59,536 nt of DNA, filler included, from Sphacelaria rigidula (GCA_964200075.2; 5 parts of 5 records of this genome joined end to end with filler, not necessarily neighbours in it); one strand, 5' to 3'; shown: positions 25,795 to 39,600, counted from the whole stretch's first letter. The notes: generated by a model from the sequence alone, not told the origin. Numbers and translations: made by a program.

Positions 25795-28566
25795 TGCAAC
25801 TCTTCGTCAAGTAGAAAGGACTCGATGTAACCCTTCACTAGTTTCAGAGCATGAACCGCTGAGTAAGCACGCAAGGCATGTGCACGACAAACACAATTGC
25901 ACTAGTGCATAAGCTTTCCCCTCGTCACTAGCACATTCCACCCGTGCTGCACTCCACATCGAAACGAAAGGTAAGGCTACAAGACATTCCTGGAAGTCCA
26001 GCCAATCGAACAACGTCATCGTATTTCTTCCCGCTAGAATTGGACTACTTCGCTCCTGTTCGAGGCCCGCAATAATCATAGCCTCTGCACGGGATGCGCG
26101 TGTTGTATACACGTCACAGCCCCTTCCTGTAAAATATGACAGCGATCGGGTGCCGGCAATGCCATCTCGCACGCCTGCAAGGTTTGCTAATAGCCATGGA
26201 AGGAGAACACCTGAGCTTCAGGCAAGTAAATACTGTACCTTGAGCGGAGCGTTTTTCATGGCAAAAGATCTCGTGTCACCACAGAGATAACACGTGCATC
26301 ACATGCAGGAGATGGAAGTCAACTTTACAGTTCATGCATGTTCTAAACGTACTGGTGTGGCTTGTGTTGAATCATCGAGCATCCACTCATCACCCTACAG
26401 TGCAGTATGCCCCGCAGCAAGTCGTTATTACACGATTATGATACGCCTCAAGTTGCGTGCCTGTTGCCAAGTCAGCGATGCAGAGAGAAAAAAACCCCGA
26501 CCGATATACAAGCCAAGCTACTCTTGCAAGTCATTAATGGGGCGTCAGGAGCTCGTCAATGCCTCCATCTCGGTCAGCCGTCCGTCACCCACATTCTTCC
26601 GTAGTGATTGTCGGAGCTGTTTTGGTGAGCATGAGTAGGCTAGTAGCGCTGGTCTAGCTATTGGCATGAGCAGCAGTGCACGTGGTGGAATGATGGGGAA
26701 AAGTGGGTCCCCTGAACATCCAGACAGTACAATGGGTACAGACGTGCAAACATGTAGTACTAAAGCGACAGTGCAGCGCTCTGTTGGTTGGACATATCGA
26801 TAGAACCGTTGCTCTAGACATCAAGCTTTTGCGGAACCTGACAGTTGGCTGATGGAGATGTGAGCAGTCATCTTCATTCACGTGAGGCGAAATCAGCTGC
26901 GAACAGTCGTTGAGACGTCAGCTATTTGCTACCATGCGATCACACACTGTCTACGATGAGGCAGGGAGGTAGGTCTGCGGTCTAAGCTATCGCGGATGTC
27001 GCTGTTGGTCGTCAGATGTTGCTTTGAAGCCATTGTTCGATCGACCCTGCACCGTGTCTGGAACACGAGCCAGAAAAAACACGAGCCCTATAGAGAGGAA
27101 TAGTAACACTCCCGGGGCATATGTTATCCACCAGATGCCTCACATACAGCTTGAGCTCTCACACAGCAGAAAGAGACACGATCATGACTACGGCCCGGGG
27201 GCGATGTGTTGTCGACAAGGTTTCGAACGAAAGTAACTGCTCGAGAGGTCGTGACAGGAACTATTTCTCAATTGAAACAGACGTGAAGGTCAACCAACAG
27301 TTGCGCGCAACGGCTTCGTTTATGGGGCCCGAAAAAGGTTGTCGATCGGACGGTCACTGTAAAATCTTCCTCCCATCGACAGGCTACGAGCGCCGCAGCT
27401 CGCAGACTCCGTGCATGGCTACCCTCCGACATGCCTGTATTGCTACGATCATCGCTACAAGAACACATGTCATCAAGGGTGTTCATGCGTGTCTTGCCCC
27501 CCATCCTACCCCAAAATGGGTATTTGCCGGTTTTCCGGGGAACTGAATGACTCCGACCTTTTCTTTTTGTCGTTACCCACGCCCCGTGAAGTGAGACTAT
27601 GCAAACGTTCGAAGCTTGCATACTTTGCACGCTATTGCTACACGCATGACAAGAAGACTTGTTCGATATCACGCATGATGGGTTTTTCATGTCATCTGGA
27701 ATCGAAGCCTGTCCATTCACGTGCTCACGTTCCTCGATTGGGACCACTTCTATGCTGGTCACGTGATATTTTTACTATAGCCGTCCAGTTCAAAGATGTT
27801 CGAGTGATATTTGAGACCGATCAGGAGATGGTCACCGGTTACCAGTGTTACGCCGGCCGTCATTTTCGTTCTTCGAAACACTTTTGAGTTTCCGCACAAT
27901 CGTAGATGATGACAAGTATCGCCAGTTTTCGGGGCGTACGCTGCACGCTTTACACACGATTCTCCAGAGCAAACTACATCACGCTGCAGAGATCACCAGC
28001 TGTACAGTGTTGTGTCAGATTGTACACACGAAGGAGGCTGGAAGACATGAACTCTCAACAAGTGCGCAAATGACGTGATACTGTATCTGCTCAAGTGCCA
28101 CATAAACTTGAGAATGTACACCGCAAGGCGAGAGTGAGGCTCAGCGGGCTTGCAGTCATCGGCACGAGCAACATACGACGAAACTGCTGTTGCTAGTATG
28201 ATATTGCCGTCAGCGATCGGTTTGGTCACATCTTCCATGCTCAAACAACGGGTACAGAGTTGATATCCCCTCTCACACAGCACCTGACGAAATAACTCTA
28301 CTTGTCATGCTTAGACAAGACACGTATTCATCAGTGCACCAAGAGCATAGCCGGCCGCCTCGGTGGCTCGGTTGGTGACCACGAACCCTTCTGACATTTG
28401 GAACGGTGGGTTCGAATCTCGGCAAAGTCAACGATCTGGGATTATCTCTCACATCATGACCAACAGCGGAGAGCGACTTCGTGGTGGGTACACAAGTTCG
28501 ACCCGACGGTCGACCACGGAACGCGACTCCACACTGAATAGTAGACAATAGACGCTGCAATGGCAC

Positions 28567-30940
28567 TAGGGTGTGCTGAAATAGACGCCAATATTGTCGA
28601 CAGTAATGGACATCAATCGACGGGTTTCTCTGTCCGTTGTCATCGGTGATAAATTTCGATGGACTCATTTCCCACCCTAACACCCGGACAGCAGTTTTCT
28701 ATAGCCCTGCAGCGAAAGCTACCGAAGCCGACCAAATATATCGATGGATAGCCTCCCAGATCTAGTGATGACGGCAGTGGCTATAGATAGGTTATGTATC
28801 AGGTCTATTGATTACGACAAGGGCTTTCGATTGATTATATACCAAAACTATTGATGACGGCAATGCTTATCGGTCGATACATACCAGGATCTACCGTGGT
28901 GCCTATCGATGGATATCCCCTGTCATCTATTGCCACACCAGAAATGCAATATACCGTGTATAGAGTGTATACTACATGCACGTACGCTAGAGAGGCCGCA
29001 GTTGACGACGCGGTGGATATATGGTGGTACTATGGACACTTGTAAAATATTGTCATCACAATTCGACACATGCGGAACGGTTGTATGTTGTAGGAGTCCG
29101 TAACATGTGTGGACAGATGTTTATGGGTTTTCTTGTTGGTGTAGTGTTGGTGCTCATGGTTCTCCCTATGACGGACAAGACCACTCAGAGGACCTACGTA
29201 CGTGGGTGAGATGTGCTCATTCCCTGGACAACATACTATGTGACTATTGATGTCCCGCCACAATCGACTGACATCACTGTCTGTCGATGGAACTTAGTGA
29301 CAGCATACTCGGAACAAGTGACAGAATACATCATTACCGCGACAATGGACTGGCCAAGTCGTTTATCGATTCAAGTAAGTAAGTCGCGATAGGCTCTGAA
29401 TTGCGTTCAAGCATCTCAAGAGAATCGGTGGATGGACCTAACGTCCACAAAAGCCATTACCCACTATGGCCTCGGATAGTTAGGGGGGCACAGTTTGTTT
29501 TTGGTGTCTTACCGTTGATGCCGAAAGAACACTGCGGTGGAAAAAATATATTCATGTACATGTATCATTTCACATTTTTCACCACTTTTGCCGAGTTTTC
29601 TCTGGCGGCAAGGCATTTCTCCCCGCGATTTCTTTTGTAGCGCATTGAGAAGGGTCAGCGGTAGATTACCGTTCAGGTTTGGGTATTTTGTGATACCTAT
29701 GGCGCGTGTTCTGGTCATCGAAAGTCGCTCAAACTGGCCCTTTTTCGCGGGGTGTCGATCCCAAACCACAAACGCTTTTTCAAGATCATGGAAAAATTGA
29801 ATCAAGGACCCGAACCACAAGAAACTCCGATTGAAGATCATGGGAAGCTTCAAACATGATGACTTCTGGCCGGGTATCTTCTCCCCGTGTTTCTCTTCGT
29901 CGAGTTCTCGTTCATTTGGGAGAACGAACACACCGATTATGCCGCCAATGTCACGAGAGCATGAGAGCAAAGCAGTAGAAAACAACCAAACATTGCCTTG
30001 GCCTTAGTCAGCAGCAAACACAAGACCGTGCAATGGGCCGTTGGCGACGTGAACAAGGCACAGAAGGACGGCAGCACAGGAATGTCTTGCCGCAAAAACA
30101 ATCGCCCTGTTTCAAAAAAGGCCCGGTGATGTGGGAGCAACAGTGATGTACAAAGAACATGTCCAGAACCTTCCACGCATTCCAATCTTTCGGGAGTGCC
30201 TGCCGCTGTCATGTCTTCGTGGCACGAGAGGTACTTCGCATTCTGACACCTCGGGATTAACACACATGTCCTACACCGGCGGTTCCGTCGTCGGCCTCCG
30301 CCAAATTTCCCATATTCCCGAACGACAGCCGACAACACATGCGATGTTTTGTACCGCCACGATCACTACTGTACATTGAGATACAACAGCCTCTTCCAAC
30401 CATATATTTTCGACTTGCGTCACCCCCGCGAGGCCCGTACCAACCTCCCGAAGGGGGACCTTGTATATATATTCATACATATGATTCCAAACCTTTTGTT
30501 GGCGGCATTGGCTATCGTTAGAATATACCTAAAACGACCCACTGTTAACAATGTATGTTGATGGATACCCCCAAATCTATCGTCGGCGAAGGCCATCCAT
30601 GGATTTTTTCCGCAGTTTTTGGTGACGGCATGGCCATCACTAGGTGGCTTACCGAATTTACTGACGGTGGCATGGCTGTCGATAGATGGCTCATCAAATA
30701 TTATGGTGACGGTCATGGCTATTTATAGCTTTATCCTGGAATCTAGTGCGGTATACAAGACCCATCGATGACCAGTGATCTTGATCTATTACAGTTTCAG
30801 AGGGTCATCGATCGACGGTTGCAACATATTTTGTCTTCTCACCAATAAACGCATTCCACCGTATGTTGTCTTCGACGATATATGATGACATATTTCCCCA
30901 CCGTCTGTTGTTGGAGGAGTGGCAAGTTGTTGCGTCTATT
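28567..30940 (+). mobile_element. Degenerate hAT-like element: ATCGAT-rich subterminal repeats flanking a transposase C-terminal remnant
   Basis: Begins TAGGG. Repeat blocks at 28567-29540 and 30480-30900. The core 29700-30400 reads W..Q...LP..SSWHERYF across frameshifts, resembling the hAT dimerisation motif SS..ERxFS. Confidence 0.45.
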
Positions 30941-30944
30941 GTAG

Positions 30945-31140
30945 AGAGCGTGAAAGGGATCGTCGAAGCCTCCTCGTGATGAAAAGGAAGACGAGCACCC
31001 CGGAAGGGGGTTGAAGTACCAGATAAAACTTGAAAGATCCTGTGTTTACCGTCCTCCTGTGTGACCCCGGCTGATGCGTACAGCTATACCGAATGTATAG
31101 CCTCGCGTCCAGAATAGATGGTACTACAACACCAACACAC
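30945..31140 (-). repeat. Interspersed repeat family B (diverged copy)
   Basis: Reverse complement of 57997-58217 (GGGGTCACACAGGAGGA.GGT.AACACAGGA). Confidence 0.85.
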
Positions 31141-32635
31141 AAACCGAGCCCTAACGTTATCCTCGTACACCATTGCCGGAAACGAGAAGGCTATGGGGGA
31201 AGACGGAACAACGAGGGATAAATCTCGGAGTTTTTCGTCATGCTAGGGGCGCATTCCTTGTCTCGAACGATACCTCCCAGCATGCCCTACTCGTATCCGA
31301 AGTACTAATGGCACTATATGTCAGAAAGTACAGCGTTAATTCTGTGTGATTGTGTTCCGGATTCCAGAATGGAAAATGACCGTTGCGCTTGAACACAAAT
31401 GAGCATTTGTCGCACCAGCTGTTGGAAACCTATCCGTCGTTAGCTTGTCCTCTGCAGTGGTAAAATCGAGCACGAGTCGCTGGGGGAGGTAGTCATGGAC
31501 ATGAGCTAAAGTCGAAGGCCAAGAGAGAGTTACGGAAGATGTTTTTTTTCAGCATACAGTCAGAGTGCAGAGTGGAAGCTTCGAAACTTCAAAGTGGACG
31601 TTCAAAAGTTCATAGCGGGAGCTGTCGTGATGTGGCTTGACGTACTTGTTTTTTATCGCAGTGATCGGCCGCAGATTGCTTCGCGAAATGTACGATCGAC
31701 CAGCGTCGACTTCGAAAGTGCATAGGCCGGCACAAAACTGACTGCACCGTACACTGCGGCACCGTACGCGCCATACACTACGCTTTTTCACTGCACCTGC
31801 GGTACTTCAATCCACTACGGGGCACTACAGGACACTGTAGTACTATACGAGTAGTGCGATGGTTCTGTGCAGCTTGGAGTACAGTGCAGTACAGATAGTG
31901 CAACACAGAGCCCTACAACAGTCAGTGCATTGAGATGCTGTAAAATGTCAAGCTGTACAGCGATACGGTACAGAGAGTCAGTAGTACAGACAGTACGGTA
32001 CGCAGCACTAGTAAACAGCAGCAGACCTCGGCCGCATTGCGATGCTTTTTCTACATGCCACCCATAACGGTGGTGCAAGACGTTACGATCTCTCACGGGA
32101 TGGGAATACAGCCAGGTGTAGAATTAAGATTCGAAAAACGTTTTGCGAAACCCTCTGATATCGTTGTTTGTTTCCTGCTTCGTCGTTTCTACTGACTTTA
32201 TTATGTGTTATTTGAGAGGTGGTATGAAAGTGTGACACTTGCTCAGGCGCGACACCGGTCACGTGAATGTTGCCGTCCAACATAACACCGTCGCCCCACT
32301 CGTGCGAAACGATACGGAACCTACACCAAGTGCGGTGTTGGTGCGAACTCACTGCGCAACAACCGCAAGACTTTGATCGTGTAGTACCGCACGTTACGTA
32401 CACCAAATGAACAAGTCGGTAGCCCAATCCCACGAATATTGTACTAGGTCCGCACAACCAACAACGACAAGCAGGGCCCACAGTGGCCATATCAGGCTGG
32501 AAAACTGAAATCAACAACGTCATGGCCGTGGAGACGCTGGGGGTTGAACACATGACATATTCAAATGTCGGACAAGTCAACTCAGGTTGACTCTGGTTCG
32601 CTCTTTTCCTCGAAAATCACTTGGGAGTTAGAGTA

Positions 32636-33950
32636 ACATAACCCAGCGGTGCACATTCTGGTCAGGTAATATATACAACACAACTCAGCGGTGTATTCTC
32701 CGTTCTGGTAGGTTTTAGAACATGACTTAGCGATGCACATTCTTGCCGGGTCAGTTATCAACATAACCCAGCGGTGTACACCGTAAAAGTGCGAGAGATG
32801 GCACCGGTCGGGAAGATGGCACCGGTCGGGGAGCTGGCACGGGGGTGCGCAAAAAAAGTGGAAATGTCATGATTTAATTTTATTTCCGCACTGGGGTTGG
32901 TAAGATCACACCGGGGTGTGATCTTACCGACCCGGAACCCAACTTTGGGGGTTCCGCGGGTGGAGCAGGGCCGCTCATGAGCTGCTGCATGCACACACAT
33001 GGGTACCTTTCACGTGTGTAGTGTTGTCAACATGTTGTCGGGGCAAAAATACTTTGCGTAAGGTCACGGTTCAAGCAGGATGATGTCTGTTATTTTCATT
33101 TAATCCGCATGGAAAATCGCTCATTCCGTCCGAACAAAGTACGGTACACACCCAAATGAAGCAGCCAACATTTTTTTACCTTCACGCCATATCCAGGCTA
33201 GCACTGAACACCGTACGTATACAGCAGATGGCCTTTGTGCTATGGTGATCTACGGCAAGCTAGTGCGAGCTACTACGTTCGAGACCCCGTTCCCGTGATC
33301 CCTTCGAGCCAACAACAAAGGTACCTAGATACCGATGATGCGCCCACCGCATAAACGAAAGAACGCTGCTCTCTACGGGTGATCTTCTGTATTCTTAACT
33401 AGCGATCTTTCACAACTCAATGCCTCCTTCCTCGTCCCCATCCCCCGACACGCCCAAGTATGTAGGCTACGGTTTGCATCTGTTTGGGCATCGCACCGGT
33501 CGGAGAGATGGCACCGGAGTGCGTTGGGTAATCCAGAAATATTCATTTAATTGCATTTTGGCACCGGGGTCGGGGAGATGGCACCGGGGAGTGAAAAAAA
33601 ATCCGAGAAAAAAACAATTAAAAAATCGATCGCACCCGGTGCCATCTCTCGCACTTTTACGGTATTCTGATCGGGTGAGTTATAGCAACATAACTCGTGG
33701 GTGCATATGCTGGCTGGGTCAGTTACAGAACATAGGTCAGCGATGCATATTCGCGTGCGGTGGGTTGGGGAACATAACTCAACGTTGCATATGATGGCCA
33801 GGTAAGTTCTACAACGTAACTCAGTGGTCTCATATTTTCGGCCGGGTGAGTAAAAAAACTAACCCAGGGGTGCAAATTTTGGTCAGGTCAGGTCAGCTAG
33901 AGTACACAACTAACCTGTGCAAGATCTGGCCGAGTGAGCTGCACCTCACT
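32636..33950 (+). repeat. ~42-bp minisatellite (~10 units), split by a MITE
   Basis: Consensus CATAACYCAGCGGTGCAYATTCTGGYCRGGTNAGTTNNNRAA at 32636-32780 and 33663-33950. Confidence 0.8.
32781..33662. mobile_element. pogo/Tc1-mariner-type MITE, 882 bp
   Basis: Perfect 27-bp TIR CCGTAAAAGTGCGAGAGATGGCACCGG. Right flank TA, left flank CA. Internal AGATGGCACCGG subterminal repeats. Confidence 0.9.
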
Positions 33951-34499
33951 ACATAAGTTACACAACATTACCTCAGTGATTGCATTACTTGTCCGACTTC
34001 TACCCAAGTGCAGCATGTGCAACCTCAGAACTAGAAAAGGATTGCGTTCACTTGAGAAACAACGGACCAGCCTAACAACAAGGTTTCTTCTTTCGACTCG
34101 CGTTGTATTACGCGGTAGCCATTACGACATACAACAGACGGCACGGAAGGCTGCAGAAAGCACTTTTGACACTAGTAGTACCACTACTGTGAACGTATCA
34201 GATACAGCGTGGCGATGGATAACACCCTCTTCTCCCTTCGGAGATCAGTTCTCTAGTCCCGGTTTTCTTGGGGAGCGGGCCCCCACATTTTTTCACCACA
34301 TCAAGTACTAGACGAGATCGAAGAAATGTCCTCGACAGCCCATCCTCCAATGACGTATGTGTCGCCATTCAAGACAGCAATAATCAACAAGATCCAGTGA
34401 GGGTATTATACCCGAAACGTGCTGGATTAGCACGCCGAAGAGAAGCGGCGAAGCTTAAATGGATCTCACCTAAGTGGAAAGCCCACCCGAGAAAAAAAC

Positions 34500-35020
34500 G
34501 ACAACTTCACACCCTTGCAGTTGGACTGACACTCTGATGACGCTTTCTTGCCTGTCTGACGGCCTTCAACCAACAAACTGCGGCCAGTATTCCCGTCCCC
34601 TCGAGCAGAATGGCAGAACCAACCCGCAAGGTTGAACCAGTTCTAAAGCACGATTGAGCAGACCCGCCGGTCCAACCAAACACATTGACCGCTTTCCGAT
34701 GCGCTTCCCATTCTCAGTCGTATCCAAGACTGTCAATCTTGGCAAAACGATATTCACCCAGGACGTTTTGGGGACGGGTCCGCCGTTATAAGTCGCCAAG
34801 CCATCTCTGATGAGCATACCTGGCATGTTGGTATCGCGGATTGAGTCAGCACTCACGCTGCGGGTCGAAGTTCGTCAAATTCTCTTGCTCACTTGTGTCC
34901 TCGTGAGCGAATCAGACGGGATTCGGATACTTGAACTGCTCAGAAAACGGGTGTTCGAATCTGAACCCTCGATTTCGCCCTCTAGCAAGTCAGCCAGTCA
35001 CATAACCGTCACGGTGTAGC
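34500..35020 (-). pseudogene. Unidentified decayed coding segment
   Basis: One frame reads ~170 codons with only isolated TGA stops (LADLLEGEIEG...PKTSWVNIVLPRLTVLD...EYWPQFVG). No family recognised. Confidence 0.25.
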
Positions 35021-35687
35021 GTCGTGATGCTCTCTCAAATCCGAAACAGAGCAAGTGCATCGAAAAAAACAGAACACATGATACCTTACATATCAGTATA
35101 GCACTTCAGGGAGTGGTTTGCTGGAGCAATATTCATTATGGCGCACATCTGAGTGGTGCTATGGTACGAGAGCACGAGACGTGTAGGAGGGTCGAATTCT
35201 TGGGAATCTTCCATCTCATCCGAAAACGACTTGAGAAATGTGCGAGCACGCGACGATTAGCATTTCCAATGGGTCAGAGGGATACTCCGACTAATTTTGA
35301 AAGCGGGAAGTCCTGACCGATGTTCTTGTGCAGCTCCGAACTTGAGGCACCCCTGAATCGGGAAGATTGGTGCCCTGATGTGAAGACGCTACCGTACTAA
35401 AGCATGGCTTGTCCTCTTGGACTGGAAAACAATAAAAAAATGCACCACCTGCGATGTGGCACATGGGGCGTGCCGAACTCGCTGTTTTCATTGCTCACAG
35501 TTTCACGCCAAGCGCAACAAAATGTGCGGCGAGACGAGGGTCTGTCAAAATATATTCCGGGACACGTGAGCTCCAAGCTCGGAAAATCGAGTTTTTGAGG
35601 GGGAGGGGGGGGGGGGGGGGGGGAAAAATTTTATATTTGACTGTGTGTTTTGAACATTATCCACACACACTTTTTGCCACGAAAAAA

Positions 35688-35787
35688 NNNNNNNNNNNNN
35701 NNNNNNNNNNNNNNNNNNNNNNNNNNNNNNNTTAATTAATTAANNNNNNNNNNNNNNNNNNNNNNNNNNNNNNNNNNNNNNNNNNNN
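35688..35787. other. Artificial contig spacer
   Basis: N44-TTAATTAATTAA-N44. Confidence 0.98.
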
Positions 35788-35849
35788 AAAGCGGCTGAGA
35801 TTGGATTTTCGGTTACAGTCAGTTTTGTGCCGCGTGGTGCCGCACAAGC

Positions 35850-36580
35850 TGAGGCACAATTCCCGAGCTCAACACTTCGTCGTTTTCGATGAAAGTTTGA
35901 CATGATGTACAGGACGTAAGTGCGAACACCCCTTCGTTCCTCCCGTGTTTTTGCTCCGTCTCGAAAGGGATGCGTGGTCAATGGTCAAATGACTAAGGCA
36001 AGCAACAAATGAGTACGCCCCCCCGTGTTTTTTCTTTTCTTTTCTCCGTGAGTTATTGGCGACGGAACATTTCAGAACAGTTTTTCGGAACGAAACTGCC
36101 AATAACTCACGCAGAATAACAGAAAAACATAATGGGGAAGGTTCGGTATTCGCACGTACGTCCTGTACATCGGGTCAAAATTTCATCGAGAACAGCTTGA
36201 AATTGAACAGCATAAATGCGTTTGAATTATTCGTAAGTGGTCCACCTCCATATACTAAAGTAACTGGTTGTCGACAGAATGACGCAAATTCTTCCCTCAA
36301 TTTTGAATCGTTTTCAATGCAATTTTGACATGATGGACAGGACGTATGTGCGAATGCCAAATCTTCCATCCTCTGTTTTTGTTTTATTTTCCTCCGTGAG
36401 TTATTGATGACGGGATGTTTCGGAACAATTTTTTTCGGAACAAAACTGCCAACAGCTCACGAATAAAAATGAAAAAACAGGGGATGGAGGGTTTGGTATT
36501 CGCACATACGTCCTGTACATCGTATCAAAATTTCATTGGAAACCATCCAAAATTGAGCGAAGAACATGCGTTTCAACATT
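35850..36580. repeat. Alternating inverted-repeat (palindrome) array
   Basis: GATG.ACAGGACGTA.GTGCGAA at ~35900 and ~36330 alternates with its reverse complement at ~36150 and ~36500. CGTGAGTTATT...AACTCACG hairpins near 36047 and 36395. Confidence 0.75.
35953..36021 (+). mobile_element. Short interspersed element family A, full 69-bp copy with 11-bp TSD
   Basis: Flanked by CCCGTGTTTTT at 35942-35952 and 36022-36032. Confidence 0.8.
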
Positions 36581-36612
36581 TCTGGTGGCTTCTTGGGCGG
36601 CCCAGCTCGTAG

Positions 36613-39600
36613 CTGTACGATGCGACCGTTTCTCGAGGTGTCAGCAGCTTGAGAGACAGTAGGCGCCGGTATGTACACCCTCGCGGTTGGTGTTCGAAGT
36701 AGTACGTGGGACGCGGTACCATAGTAGTAGAAGCCCATGCGTCCGTTGCGTATGTGTAGTTTCACTCACGCTCATGACGCCCACCTTAATCAATAACTTC
36801 CCATTAATCCACCCTTGTACCAGGTCGAGTTGCCGGCCATTTCACATGCGGCTGAGATCTCCGCCCCCGTCTGGTGGAGATCAGGAGCAGGGAGATGTTC
36901 GCCTTGCTCTGACGATGAACGCGGTAGCCTTGCAATCACTCTCCACGCTTGCGTCGCTGGCAACGGTAGTGGCTAGCTTGCCGTGTGACCGCGAAACTGC
37001 CCGCAGCAACGTGGAATTGATTCGGGCTCCCTTCGCAATGCTGGCAGACATGCTATCAGAATTTCCTTCGCAAAGCTTGGTGAGGAGACGATAGGGGATA
37101 CCGGTATGGTTACATGAGGGCTACTGGCCCGGAGCCGCGTCTTTGCACATGCAGTATCTTGCGAAAGCGGCGCCAATAGCTCGGCTTTTCCCAGTTGCCT
37201 AGCCCCGAACCATTTGATCAAGTCTGTCCGCCATTGATATAGAGGCTTGAGCGCACGAATGGCAGTGTTTGTTGACTGAGCCTGAAAACTTCCTCGCCTT
37301 GACTTCCCTCGCCACGCCTTCCAATTTAGTTCAAGTACTGGAGCCCTGCGTCTACCGAGGCCGAAAAGCGGGTACCTGTTGTTCCGGAGACGGCAACGGC
37401 TTCCAGTGCTGCGTCACAGGCACACCTCGCTGTGACCGGAGGGCTTCATGTGGGTTGGAAAGCATCTTCTGCTGGTTCGGGCTTGGTCACTTGGCAGGTG
37501 AGAAATCGTGGGTTCAACAGATTTCTTCTCAAGTGGCGTGGGACCAATAGCGCTCCGTGAAGTCGAAGCGGTATATCACGCCATCGTCATTCAGTGTTGC
37601 GCTCTACTACTGGTTATCAACTTCTCCAGTCGCCAAATTCGAGCGAGTTCGTTGCGAATATGTACATTTGCTTATGCTGTGTGGAATGTGCTGTTGGCCG
37701 ACCTGCCCAACAGGTGGCTCTTGGTGAACCCGCGACAGACCTCACCTCCGTCGCTGTGCAATGGGGAGCAGGAGATCCTACCAGCAGCACGGACCAACAT
37801 ACCCTTCCCTTGGCGTTGAGCATTGAGGCTTCTGTTGACGGGGGCAAAGTGTGGTGTGGGATAAGTGGGGGCGATGAATCTGGGAATGTCGCGCTAGCCC
37901 ACAAAGCATCTGCGCGGCTGTCACAACACCGTTACCCGGTTTCGTTGATGGCTCTTCGGAGGATGAGGTGACATCTGCGTTGACTCGCTTGTGTTCGGTT
38001 AAGGACGCTGGCGCTGGCCAGTTATCAGTTTTCTCGCCAGTTACCAGAGTAATGTCAACCACTCGCGCTGTGGACGCTCTTGTACACCCACAGTCTACCA
38101 AACTTGACACCTCTGCGGACAAAATATGTACTCGATATGACTGCAGTAACGCGTTCACCTTGCAGTGTTGCTTTTCCATGATATGTAGGCTTCTGTGCTG
38201 GTGAAATATTTAATTTATGATGTTCCAGTTAAAGCATCCAAGTTTCACAGCATCAGTTGTGTTGGGCTCAGAGAAGAAACCATCCTGGGAAGAGAGGTGA
38301 TCATAATCAGCACGGATAGCTGGCGCAGAAAGCGTGGATCGGCGGTGGAGGAGTCAGCATGGCGAAAGTCGAACGTCAGTGCAAAGATTCCAAGCGGTTG
38401 CTACTCAAAATCCGCCGCGGTCCTGGCCTGTATGACTAAATTGGTACTGTATTCTCCGAGCTGGGGGCGCTACTTTGTGCATACGAGCATTGTTGCTGAC
38501 CGTGTCTGGCGTGGACCCAACTATAGTAGACTTGCTAACGGTTCACTTTGTCAGCTAGTGCAACACTCTGCAAGCCCTCGGCGAAGTGGACTAGTCAAAC
38601 ACCAAAATATGACCGTACAAAGCCGAAACGGCCGTACTCTAAATTGGTTCCGGGAGAAAAATACCACTACAACCAATCCCTTGGGTGCTAGACTGTCAGC
38701 ACGCTTGTTCCGGAAGTTCTGGTACTGTCTTTGAGGAAACATTACCCCCTTGCCAGGAACGTCGGCAAGGGTCCATGGCAGAACCCCCTGTTCGCGCGAG
38801 AAGAGCATAACCTTGACATGTCGAGCGACTTGGAGCGAGAACGTAGGCCTCCGACCCTCAGATGTATAACGGAGCTCAATGGGTGCTTCTTAGCTGCGTA
38901 TCTTCGAGCGTTGATCCATAGCCGGGCGAAGATTTATGACACGGTTGGTAGGATTCGTGGCTGCCTACGTTCCCGATTGATATCGTACCCCCTATTATTG
39001 TCATGAGATATCAGGTTTTGAAGAAAAAAATGAAAGCGCAATGCTGGTATCCACTGTTTCAATGCACACCGCGCTTTCAGGGCCTTGCGCCACTAAAGCT
39101 GTGACACCTACCTGTGGTACCAACCAACATTCCCTCCAAGTTTCAGCGTCATCACTTATCGCAAACGAGGTGCCCCTTGACGCCTAACGCCCCAAAATAC
39201 CACCTCGATATCATCGGAAGGGAATAACACTGCTCGTATTTCCTGCCGTAGGGAGTCGCAGAAGAATTCCGGAGCGCGGACGTGCGATGAAGCCCCTGCA
39301 GTGACGCATATCCGTCTCAGAATGAAAGGGCCAGCATCACCTGGTCCAGCTGGGCCCTTGCGGATATACGACGTTGCGGTCAACACCCGAGATCCCGCCG
39401 CCAGGTAGCAGCGGCACCCTTGCTGAGCTATCAACTCGTTCTATCGCAACTCTGGCGATATTTCAAGAGTAAAAGCAGTTGTCACCTTGTATAACAACCC
39501 AATCGACTGCGCCTTTCAGAAGGTGAAAGCTGACCTCGGCAGCACTCAAGACGCCAAGTACTCTACGATCTTGTGGTGTAGCTCATATGACCGTGAGCGG

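Noticed and set aside
32636-33950. Regularly spaced repeats resembling a CRISPR array
   Set aside because: The units are contiguous and degenerate with no unique spacers or cas genes; it is a eukaryotic minisatellite.
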